The notes under the pieces were generated by a model. That model was given only the letters and a program-made list of their open reading frames with translations, made no database searches and had not been told where the DNA came from. A program made the translations under genes and the position numbers. From Gnetum montanum (taxonomy: Eukaryota > Plantae > Gnetophyta), in NCBI GenBank assembly GCA_015680685.1, contig MNCI01002227.1:1-64000 (forward strand): 64,000 nucleotides of DNA, given 5' to 3'. How positions within the stretch are numbered: position 1 is the first letter of the stretch; every line of letters begins with the position of its first letter. Positions 23,576 to 35,136 of the stretch are shown piece by piece.

Positions 23576-24655
23576 CTATGGTTCTCTTTTAAGTGTCATT
23601 TGTGATCATAAATACAATCGAGGGTTAGTCATTTGGATAGAATCTTATTTCATTTAGATACCTTCCTTAGTTTAATCAAGTTGAGTTTAGTGGTCAAAAG
23701 TTGAGATTTTAGTGTTAAGTTCTTATTTAGTGATCGTAGGTGTATGATATTATTTTATTTATGCTTTAACAAAAGTTGAGTTCTAAGATTAACTCTTATG
23801 ATTATTAAATTAATATTATTCTAATATCTTTTTCATGGGATGTTAGAAAAATTTTCTATGAAAATGTAGTATTTAATGCCCCCACAATGTAAAGTGTATC
23901 TTTGATAGCTCAAGGATTGAAGCACAAGTGAAAATAAATAAAAAGGTGTTGAGTTATGGCTTGTGGAAGGCTCTAGGCTCTAAAAAATTGCAAAAATCCT
24001 CATGCATTTGGAAGAAAATATGAAAAATGAGCTAAGTGCCATGTGTATTTATATAATTTTTATGTTGTGTCTATGGGGATGCCTTGACAATGTTACATCA
24101 ATTAATATGGCTACATCGATGTAGCTATTCGTAGCTATTTTATTTTTTACATAAGATATTGAGGAATTTTGAACAAGTTTGGGGTCAAAACAAGAGCCAA
24201 AAAGCTAGGAAATCATGGTAACAACATAATTAAGTGTATGATTCACAAAATTAGAGCAATTTGATCATGTGGAATGAGTAATTGGAGGATGTTCCTTATG
24301 CCAAAGTAGAGCAAAGACTAGATGATGGAAGCTATTAAGATGATTGAGATTGTAATGGGGTCCATAGTGAGGAGGTTTAAACTAGAAAAAACCAAAAGAT
24401 ATGCAATTGGGTCCTCCCTAAAGTAGGCTTATGCCTAATATATTCTTGCATAACCTCATCACAAGGAGTCCATAGGCAACTTAGATGATGAATGGTTATT
24501 CAAATTAAAAACCATATCCATGTGAGGGATTGTCTTAGGATTATGTAAATTATTAAACAAAACCATCAATTTACCATGGCATGAGGCAGTGAGGTGAGAG
24601 AAATAGAGTGCAAGAATGGTAGAAAGAAAAATATGCATAATGGTTGGATGGGATC

Positions 24656-25536
24656 TAATGAACAGTGTTTTGGCTAGCTTCAATATCGGATACATGATAT
24701 TAGATCCTTGATATTAGATACCTAATATCAGGGGCCAAGATGCAATGTTGCATATATGATATCACAAGATGTGTGTCAGCCTTTAAATATAGTGCTTGGG
24801 CACATGGTTTGGATATAGTTTAGTCAATAGAGTAGTCCAACTATTATAGTTTTACTTTTTAGTCTTAGAGAATAGTTAGTGAGTGCCCCTAGTGTGGATC
24901 TAAGTCAGTTGTGTAACATCTTATTTGAGTGGCAAAGTACTTGGACACATTCCATGAATGACAATAAGACTGAGATTGATTCTTATTCATTGTAGCACTT
25001 TAACTTAGATTATATTTACTTTCCATGCAATTTACTTTTCATGTACTTAGTTAATATTTACATTTCCATGCATATTACTGAATTGGCAGAATGAGCGCAA
25101 CTAGTTTCAAGCATAAACATGTATTCACTTGGTAACCCCAGTAGTGTTATTATTTGGTTCACCTAGTAGCATAGCACTTGGTAATCCTAGTAGTGGATAC
25201 GTGGGTTCAAGATGTGTATGGCAAGCTAGGAATAAAAATTCATTGCTCGTAGGTTAGTTTAGACTTTACTTTCCATTGTTAATTAGATTAAATAGTTAAT
25301 TTCTCTATTACCATTAGGAGTAGCTTAGGGTCAAACAACATCAATTATCATATGCCTCACTTTAGACTAAACCATACATGACAAAGCTACCACTAGTCCA
25401 AGTGGAAGACAGTGAACTATGATCAAAACATAACAATCTAGATGCACAACTACTCCCATCCATGGAATTCAACCAGATCATGTGTGAATGCTTATGATTC
25501 ATATGGTTGGACGTAGGGGTATCTTGCCACTCATTA
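24656..25536 (+). mobile_element. Athila-like solo LTR nested antisense in C
   Basis: TAATG...CATTA (decayed TGATG/CATCA) flanked by TSD GGATC (24651-55, 25537-41). The homologous empty site with a single ggatc is at ~48652 in E. Confidence 0.95.
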
Positions 25537-26419
25537 GGATCCTTAGTGGATTTTGTGATTAAGATAATTTGATACAAGTTTGTTCCATGTCTAAACTAAG
25601 TCCATTTCGATGACAACAACCTTGGATTAATGTATTTCCCCTTTCTTGCCACCATGAGCCTACGACAATGACAATGAAGAACCATCACTTTACGAAAGGA
25701 AGAAAAGAGAAGAAGGAAGTAGGTAGGGCCTTAGTTAGAGGAGTGCCTTCAAGCATGGGTAACATGTCTTTCTAGCTCCACAACCAATGCTTGTAGCCCA
25801 AGATATTATTAGAGAGGTGTGCTTTGAATTCCTTTTTTTTAGTGGGAATCACATCATACAGAGACATACTTCCTTTTATGGTCAATTGTAGTAGTGATGA
25901 TATACCTATGAGGAACCATAGAAATTAAGAAGGTAGTTGAAAAAATGACACAACAATTCTTCTTGAGGTTACATCTTTTTTCATTTCCACTTGCTCCTTT
26001 CCCAATTCATTGGGTAACAAGATCATATGTTACTTTTAGTTTTGATGTAAAAGAATCTTCATGTTCCCATGATGTAGAACTCCACATGAGATAAATGGAA
26101 TGGGTGGATGCCATGAATTTATTGCTTGATAACATGGAAAATGGATAGACTATTAGTAGCGAGCATAATCAAAAGACAAAGTTGGTCTTAATTATTAAAT
26201 CATAATCTTGATAGCTGCATTCAACAATTCCAAAATTTGCAATACTAATGGAACAAAATTGAAGATTTCAAATAAGACTAAATGAAAACAACAAAAAAGA
26301 AAAATAAATAAAATAATTAGTAAAATACACAGAAAATCAAAAAAATATAAAGAACATTACAAAAAAAATAGAAGAAAAACTCTTTTCATCCTCATCATGA
26401 TGTTATGGTAGATGGATAT

Positions 26420-28221
26420 CTCCCCCATGACTAAGTTGGAAGGAGAAGATTAAGAAGATATAGTGATCTTATTCTTGATCAGAGGTATTAGTGTTATGAT
26501 TGGTTACTTGGAAGTCCATGAAGGGTTTAAGTTACTAGATATTGACTAGCATGTGCTTCTAAGGACTTATTGGATAGTAAATTCTCATAGACTCAAAAGG
26601 AAAAGTTTAGTGTGTGATGTAAGGTGCTTACCATAATGTTTGAAACTTAGTTCGTTGTAGCACATGTATGGGATTCTAATAGAGAACCTTGTCTCTTGGT
26701 TTGAACATAACCTCACTTATCTATTTGTCATGACGTTGTTTATTGTATGCTTTGTGTACTTCGTTCATCATTAGAGCTACTCTTTGATTTTTGTCTTACA
26801 CGTTAAGTGTTATTATTCATTTCTTTTGCACTAGGCTAATTTCTAAGTCAAATTCACATGTAGTTGTGAGTGTATGGAGTTTAGTTTGAGTTGGAATTTT
26901 GGGTAACTTTCCTTACACTAACTCATAATGATAATAGTTTATAGGAAGTTTTCAAGTTGAGCGATTTGTCCAAATGGCATCATTGAGTTTAGTGCCTCGA
27001 TCTTTCCTATATCTACCAATGGTTCACATTAAAATTCTAGTGATCTCCCTATTAGTTACCTTTGCTTGACTGTTGTCTTGAGGATGATAAGGTGTTGTGA
27101 ATTTAAGTTATACCCCCAAGCATTACATTAACTTGCGAAAGGTAGCACCTGTGAAATGTGTTCCATTGTCAAAAATTAGTGCTCTAGACATACCAAACAT
27201 TTTTACCACCTATTGTTGAAAGAAAAGAGCCATAGTAGTGTAGGTATAGTTAGAAATAGTTGCAGCTTCATCCCACTTGGTATAGTAGTTAATAGTGATA
27301 ATAATGTATGACTTTTTGTTGGACATGGGAGTGATGGGTCATCCCCTCATCTCATTGACACCTCTCATAAGAACAAGAGAAATGGTGAGTATCCTTGAAG
27401 ATTTTTAGTCAAAAATATCCTACCATCAAGATCTTTGTAATCATTCTTCTTCATGAATAGTCATCCCCACAAGGGCCCTTGTGAGCATCTTGAAGGACTC
27501 TCAATTGATTTGCATCAGATACACACCATCGTACCAAGCCATCGACACAAACCTTTTAGGGATTACCCTTAATATTCATGTAGTGTTTGACCTTGTGAAG
27601 AAACTGTTATTTCATCCTATGATCTCACTCAGTAGGAGTCTTCTATGTGGGTAGATATGAGAGGAATTCATCAAATCAATTTGTGACTAGTGATTCATGA
27701 ACTTTGGTTACCGTAGCAAAGAAAATTTCATTTAGAAATTGATTGGATAAGGACTCTTCATCATCATTTCTATTCCATCTTAATTAAGACAAATGATCTA
27801 CAACTACATTTTTGGTCCCTTTTCTATTCACCATTTTAAGATCAAACTATTGTAAGATCACCAACCACCATATAACACAAGGGCTTACCATTAACTTGTT
27901 CATCAAAAAGTGGATTACACTGTGATCAGTACGTATAGAAATTAGGTATCTAAACATATAGTGCTTGAATTTTCCTAAAGCATACATCATCATCATGAGC
28001 TCCTTTTCTATGGTGATGTAAGTGAGTTGTACACCCATGATGCTCTTGCTTACACAATAGATATAATTTGGCCATTTTGATCATGGATTTCTATCAAAAC
28101 CACTTCCAATACATAGTTGGATGCATCTATCATGATGTGGAAAGGTTTGGACTAATCAAGAGTCCATAGAATGGGTATTTCTTTGAGCTTCTATTTTATA
28201 TATTGAAATTCTTGTTCACAT
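26420..28221 (-). pseudogene. pol: RNaseH-integrase part of C pol
   Basis: YITIEKELMMMMYALGKFKHY (RNaseH); TTPYHPQDNSQA (integrase core). Continues on the other side of the Sirevirus. Confidence 0.9.
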
Positions 28222-29286
28222 TGTTGACCTTTGTTGTGTCAAAACCTTGGAAAATGGAAAAGTTGGAAAATGTGCTTGTGAGATCTTGCAAGACTAGGAA
28301 AGGATGAGGATAAGAGTAGAATGGGATCGAGACAAAGAGCATGATGAGACTAAGATAAAAGAATGTTGAGACTAAGAGGAAAGCATGAGTTGTTAATTTG
28401 AAGTGACAAAGTCTCAACAAAGATTGTAAAGATTTAGATAAATTCTTGAGAATGCAATACATCTAGAAGTCAAAAGAAGACATTCCATGTTTGCTAGGAT
28501 AGCCTAGAAGAATAGCAAAAATCCCAATTGAAAAGCTCAATTTTAGGCTAGATATCATAGAGAAACAACAAACATTCCAAGTGTAGCTAAGGTGTCCCAA
28601 TTCTAGTGAGACATCCCATTTGCAAGTTCCAAAATCTCTACAAGATGTCTCAAGCTTGTTCAAGATGTTCCAACTGGTCATTTTCTAGCTATTGTACAAA
28701 CTCCAATGGTCATTTGATAATGACAAAGGCTATATAAAAGAGACAGTATCTTTATGGAATAATATAACACTCTTCACACAAATATTCTCATCATAGTATA
28801 CATTTAGTAAAATACTTTGTACTTTAATTCTTGATCATTTGATTTATGTATTGTATTTGTTGAGAGCCTTGATCTTTCTTTTCTCCCTTTGGAAGCCTTG
28901 TGGGGTTGATGCACTTCTTGTGAGAAGGCATCTCTTGAGCTTATTAGGACCTTGTAGGGTTGGGTGTGTTTTTGAGAAAAAAACATTCAAGTGGAGCTTA
29001 AGATATTATAAAGGTCGTAGGATCGTTAAAAACACATTTTGAGCTTGTTGGAACCTTGCAAGATTGGGTGTTTTTGTGTGAAAACATGCCTTGTGAAGCT
29101 CAAACTTTGTAAAGGTTGTGATGTTCTTGAAATCACATTTTTAAAGGAACAAAATTTGAAGATGTGCAGGAATTCTACCCTTTAAGTGTGAATGTACCTA
29201 AGTTGGAGAACTATGTACATTTGTGTGTATTTTTTACTTTAATTTGTGGAAGTTATTCAATCCCCCTTCTAAGTTCTTGATATTCA
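28222..29286 (+). repeat. Sirevirus 5' LTR
   Basis: Homologous to 34056-35136 and 49875-50941; gagacatc/gatgtctc motifs; TATA near 28731. Confidence 0.9.
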
Positions 29287-29342
29287 AGTCATATCAAAGC
29301 ATGATACTCCTAGTTTTAAGCATAACAACTTAGAAGTAAGCG

Positions 29343-31055
29343 ATGAAAGAAACATCATACACCAAACCACCACTGTTCAATGGGATCAACTTTGCATACT
29401 AGAAGGCTCAAATGCAAGGATTCTTTGAATCCATGGAATTCAAAGTTTGAAAATGTATCATGGAGGGATACACTCCATCTATCGATAGCACTACAAATAC
29501 TACAAAACCAAGAAGTAAGTGGATTCAAGATGAGAAAGATAAGTTTATGTTTGATTCTATAGCAAATAACTATCTTTATTGTGCTTTAAGTAAATTGTAG
29601 TTCAATAGAGTAGCTAGTTGCAAAACTACCGAAGAGATTTGGGAGGTGCTAGAAGCTACTTATGAAGATACATTTGTTATTAAGTAATCCAAGCTTCTAG
29701 TTTTACAAAGTGAGTATGAAAAGTTAAAAATGAAATAAAAAGAGAAGATTAAAGATTACTTCTCTAAAGCCAATGATCTAGTTGTAGCCATCATAGGAAT
29801 AGGAAAGGCTCTACCCGAGAGTGATGTTATTATCAAAATGATAAGAACCTTGTAGCATAAATTCAAACCTAAGATAACAACCATGAGGAAAATTAGGGAC
29901 TTATTTGTCTTGAAGTTTGAAGATATTCAAAGGGCACTTATTGGTTACAAGATGAATCTCATAGGTGAAGGTGAAATTAACAAATCCTCCATTTCTTTCA
30001 AAAGCTCATCAAAAGAGAAGGATCCATTTGATTAAGATTAAAATAGTAAAGATGAATTGGCTCTGTTATCTAGAAAAGTTGAGAGGCTATTGGCATGAAA
30101 AGAAAAGAATTTCAATCAAATTGACATCAAGGATAGAGAAAGAGGTAAACATTTCAAAAATTCTAATATTAATGCATATTCTATAGAATGTGTGATTTGT
30201 GGCAGTAGAGGTTATGTGGCCTTTGAATGTCCAAGTGCTAGTAGGTTGCAAAAGAATGAACTCATCCAAGCTGAAAAGAAAGGGAAAAATCTCTACATAA
30301 GCTAGGATGAGGATTACAATGAAGAGGAAATAGATGACACCTCCACAAGATCACATCTTATTTGCATGGTCCTTACTCATGAAGATCTATCAGTAAAGAC
30401 TGAAGAATCTAAAGGTATGCTTAAGGAAATGTATGATTTACTATGTAATGAAAGCATCTCCTTTCAGAGTTTATACATTAACATGAAAAAAGCTTTGAAA
30501 GATAAAGAATTAGAACTATCTTAACAAAATTTAAAATGCTTAGATCTCACAAAGGAAAACTTAGACCTAAGTGTTGCAAATCAAAGACTTATGTCTTCCC
30601 ATGAGCATATTGCCAAAGAACTTGTAGATACAAATCTTATCAATGAAAGGCTTGCAAAAGGAAAAGAGACTCTACGAATTATGTTGGAACAAGGAAGAAA
30701 TCCAAATGACAAGAGTGGTTTGGGAATTCACTCACAAAATTAGGCATTCTCAAGTACTTCATCCAAATGGAAGTATACACCAAGGTTTGATCATCTTGCC
30801 CAAATAAGAAAAACCATATGTTATTACTATGGAAAGTATGAGCATAAACAATCATGTTGTTGATTAAGAATAAAACACTATAATATGACTCCTTAGTATT
30901 AGTAAAAGATGCCTAGTAAGGATGCCTTGGAGGCTAAAAAGGTTTGGAGAGTCAAGTTGAAGAGGGAAGAAGAAAAAACAAATACACATGCATCCCATCT
31001 AATGGTAAAAAACTCCATAGGGATGGAGTAGAAATTAGGATAGTGGGGGACATCT
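29343..31055 (+). pseudogene. gag: Sirevirus gag pseudogene
   Basis: KPPLFNGINFAY*K (copia gag N-terminus); zinc knuckles CVICGSRGYVAFEC (~30188) and CYYYGKYEHKQSCC (~30818); DSG-like remnant ggatagtggg near 31040. Confidence 0.88.
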
Positions 31056-31552
31056 AATTATTATAAGGGAGGGGTCTAAAAGGATAACCTAATTATAAAT
31101 CTTCTTAAGCATGCCATTTCCTAAGATCAAGCAAGGTAAGTATGGTAAGTATGGGTAAGTATATTTCCTTGACTTGCATTATGTTTTAGGTATGATACTT
31201 ATCTTGGCTTTCTTTTTTATAATTATCCTTGGTAGCATCTATTAAAAAGCCCCCAAACCTTTCACCCTATTTTTCCATTCATTGTTTCCTAAGAAGAACT
31301 GACTTGCAAATGAGACGTTCCAAAAGAGGTCTCACCTGAGACATCCCAACCAAAATTAAGATGTCTCACTAAGTTCTGACTTGACTCCAGTAAGATGTCT
31401 CATCTGTGGCATTAACCCTATTGAGGATGTTGCCTATTTAAAATGACCAATCATTCTTCTTCCTTTTCATTCCACTCCAAGGTTTAGATATCCAAACTTA
31501 GTCTACTAGGGCTTTATCTTTACTTTAACTCCACTCCATCAAGCTTGAATCC

Positions 31553-33193
31553 ATGGCACACAAGAAGATAGGGACATCAAGGTAGTCTCCACACATGTCC
31601 AAAGATGTAAAAGATGCATCTACAAGCAATTCCAACACTTATTAGCCTCATTTCTTCTCTATAAATTCCCAACATAAGTTTGAAGTAAACTGCTCTATAT
31701 CCATTATTAGTGAACAAATTTTTAGCATTCAATAGCACTGTTAGCAAGTACTAATATCTTATTTTGAAGTGATTAGATGGGTATTCATTATTTCTATGAT
31801 ATTTTACATCTCAAAGGTTTTGGTTAGGGAATTTTATGGTAATATTGTTATCAATAATGTTGCTATTGGGGCATTTACTACTATGGCCGATGGTATTGCT
31901 GTTGAAATTTCTCCTCAAGTTGTAAATGCATTGCTTGGGGTTTCTAGCACAAATGTTCATCAAGTTGTGATTGATTCTATGGAAGATATTTTACAAACAA
32001 CATTATTTAGTAATGCATGATTAGTTTTGTGATGCTTTTTTGGTAGCTTTGTTTATTTAAGAAGTGGGAAAATGTATAGATAATAGATGTCATGAGATGC
32101 CTCTTCTCTCTTCCTTATTATTATGTACAATATCATTCAGAAAGGAGGAAGCTATAATTATCTACTATCATATGAAGAATTTTTACTATTTTGTTTACTA
32201 ATCAGGAAACCTTTAGATTTGTATCATATCATTTATAGGGATATGCTTAGTATGTTCACTCATGAGTGTATCTGTGAACACCCTCTCCTTATCAGCCTAC
32301 TTGTTTGTTAGGGAAGTCATTTGATTGAATATTTTCCACTTCTCAAAGGGAAGAGGAGTCTTACTGAGTACTCTAAAAAGAGGAATGTTACTTACATCAA
32401 ATTAGCAGCCCATTCTACATTCTAGACACATAAAAAGCAAGCATCTTCTCCACCTTTGGCCTCACCTCAATTAAAAAGGTCCAAGTGAATTAGTGCATGG
32501 GTAGGATATTTATTAAAGAAGGCCTTACAAACCATTGCAAAGAATATGGGGAAGATAGGAAGAAATCTCTCTTACCTTTGTAAGTGAATGGACATAGTTG
32601 GTCTTCTCCCTCCTCTGGATGGTTTGTAGTTTGAGGAGATTGTAGCTCCTCATTAGATAGACATTGATGAAGATGGACTAGTACCAGCCAGACATCTTGT
32701 AGCTATAAGGCCATCATGTGCATATGATTTAGTGAATGAATTAGATTAAGAGGATCTCATAGTAGTAGGAAAAACCCATCCTTCATACCAAGTAGCTAGA
32801 AATAAATGTTTTTTTGCAAGGAAAGTCTTCTAAAATACTCTCCAACCATTTAAAAGTGAGGATGCACCCCAATCTTTTAAGAAATATGTGATGACGAGTA
32901 TCTTTGGTGTTGTATCTCATTGGTAGCAAGCACCTTGCAAGACTTATCAATGTAAAGGTACTCCATCATCTTCTAGGTTGGATCCATCACATCCTTCTTC
33001 ATCATAATCTTAATTTAGGATGAAGTTTTGGCCTAGAAAAGCTATAGTTGTAGTCTCTTCCTCAGAACATGATGACAAGCAATAGGTCTCCCACTCTAAC
33101 ATCAATAGTGATGATGATGAGAAGAAGACCTACAGGCCCACACATGCAATGTTAGGTTGAGATGACGACGACGACATCAAGGTCAACAATTAG
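31553..33193 (+). pseudogene. Sirevirus env-like/extra ORF, decayed
   Basis: LVREFYGN and NIIQKGGS...FLLFCLL...PLDL motifs typical of the 'putative plant transposon protein' domain; located between the pol position and the PPT. Confidence 0.75.
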
Positions 33194-33681
33194 GGCCTTA
33201 ATATAATCTCCTTCTTTTAGGTGCTATCCAAAAAAAAGGAGAGTTTTTGAGATTGAGAACTTATGAAATTTTCATGTTGATACTTAGTAATTTATGAATG
33301 TAGTACATGTTTATGTGTTTTTGCTATTTCATGATATTTTCATGTTGATACTTAGTAATTTATGTTTTTTGGTTATCTTATGCCTTGGATATATATATTC
33401 TATGTTGGTTATGTTATATAGTTTTATGAGAACATGATTAATGTAGTTTAAGGCTATGCTTGGATATTTTTATCAACCTTGGTATACATATTGATTGTCT
33501 TTGAAATAGGTTATGTGGAGTTTAGTTTTGGTGCACGGCTATGTTTTTATGTGCTTTATGGATTATATGCTTTGGACTTGCATTTTGGATAGGATTGGGT
33601 AGTTTTTTATGTGAGTAATTCATGTTAGCCCTATGAGATCATTACTAATGGATGTATGCTCATTAATCGATATCCATCTCT

Positions 33682-34153
33682 TTTTTTATCCTTGCCATCA
33701 TAAGATTATTTTTAGCATTTTATATGCTTTTGCTTTTAATTGCATGTCTTATATTATTTATTATATTATTATGTTGACTCATTTTCTCATGTTTTGGACA
33801 TCACCAAAAAGGGGGAGATTGTTGACCTTTTGGTATGTCAAAACCTTGAAAAATGGAGAAGTTGGATAATGTGCTAGTGATGCCTTGAAGAACTAGGAAA
33901 GGACCAAGACAAGAGAATTTTACATCCTTGACATCATAAGATTATTTTTAGCATTTTATATGCTTGTGCTTTTAATTGCATATCTTATATTGTTTATTAT
34001 GCTATTATGCTGACTCATTTTCTCATGTTTTGGACATCATTAAAAAGGGGAAGATTGTTGACCTTTTGGTATGTCAAAACCTTGAAAAATGGAGAAGTTG
34101 GAAAATGTGCTTGTGAGGTCTTGTAGGACTAGGAAAGGACTAAGACAAGCATA
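33682..34153 (+). repeat. 236-bp tandem duplication spanning PPT and LTR start
   Basis: PPT + TGTTGACC occurs at 33820 and 34056; atccttg.catcataagattatt occurs at 33688 and 33924. Confidence 0.92.
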
Positions 34154-35136
34154 ATGGAATTGAGATGAACAACATGATGAGATCAAGACAAGAGCATGTT
34201 AAGAATAAGATGAGAGAGTGAGTTGTCAATTTGAAGTGACAAACTCTCAACAAAGAATGCAATGATTTAGAGAAATTTTAGAGTATGAAAGACATCTAAA
34301 AGTCAAAAGAAGATGTCCCATGTCTGCCAAGATTTCGTAGAAGAATACTAGACATTCGAGTTCCAAAGCTTAATTTTAGGATAAATTTCCTAGAAAAATA
34401 GTAGATGTTCCAAGTGTAGTTGAGACATCCCAATCAAGACATCTCATGTAAGACATCCTAATTCCAGTAAAACATCCCACCTACAATTTTTAGTATCTAA
34501 ATAAGATGTCTCAAGCTTGTTGGAGACATGCCAACTAGCCATTTTCCAATCATTGTACAAACTCCAATGGTCATTTAACAATAACAAAGGCTATAAAAGA
34601 GATGATACCTTTGTGGAAGAATATAGTACTATTTACATGAATATTTCCATCATTATATACATATGGTGAAATATTTTGTACTTCAATTCTTGATCATTTG
34701 ATTTGTGTATTATATTTTTTGAGTGCTAAGTAAGGAATCTATGCTTTGAGTACATTGTTTGCTTGATCTTTCTTTTCTCCCTTTGTAAGACTTGTGAAAT
34801 TGATATGCTTCTTACAAGAAGATGTTCTTGAGCTTATCAAAACCTTGTGGGGTTGGGTGTATTTTTGAGTGAAAACACCCCAAGTAGATCTGAAGATATT
34901 GTAAAGGCTATGGGATTCTTAAAACCACATTTTAAGCTTGTTGGGGCCTTGTGGGGTTGGGTGTGTTTCTATGTGAACATACCCCTTGCAAAGCTGAAAC
35001 TTTGTAAAGGTGTGTAGGAATTCTACTCTCCAAGTGTGGATGTACCTAAGTTGGAGAACAACGTACATCTGTGTGTAGTTTTTATTTTTTAACTGGTGTA
35101 ACTTATTCAAGCCTCCTTCTAAGTTCTTCATCGTCA
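34056..35136 (+). repeat. Sirevirus 3' LTR
   Basis: Follows the second PPT copy; homologous to the 5' LTR. Confidence 0.9.

Larger units (their letters stand above)
28222..35136 (+). mobile_element. Sirevirus (SIRE/Maximus Ty1/copia), pol-deleted, nested in C
   Basis: LTRs 28222-29286 and 34056-35136 (TGTTGACC...ttattcaa.cc.ccttct...CA); degenerate Met PBS at ~29289-29300; PPT caaaaagggggagat; copia gag. Host pol rejoins across it, although the TSD is degraded (CACAT vs TTAAT). Confidence 0.9.
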
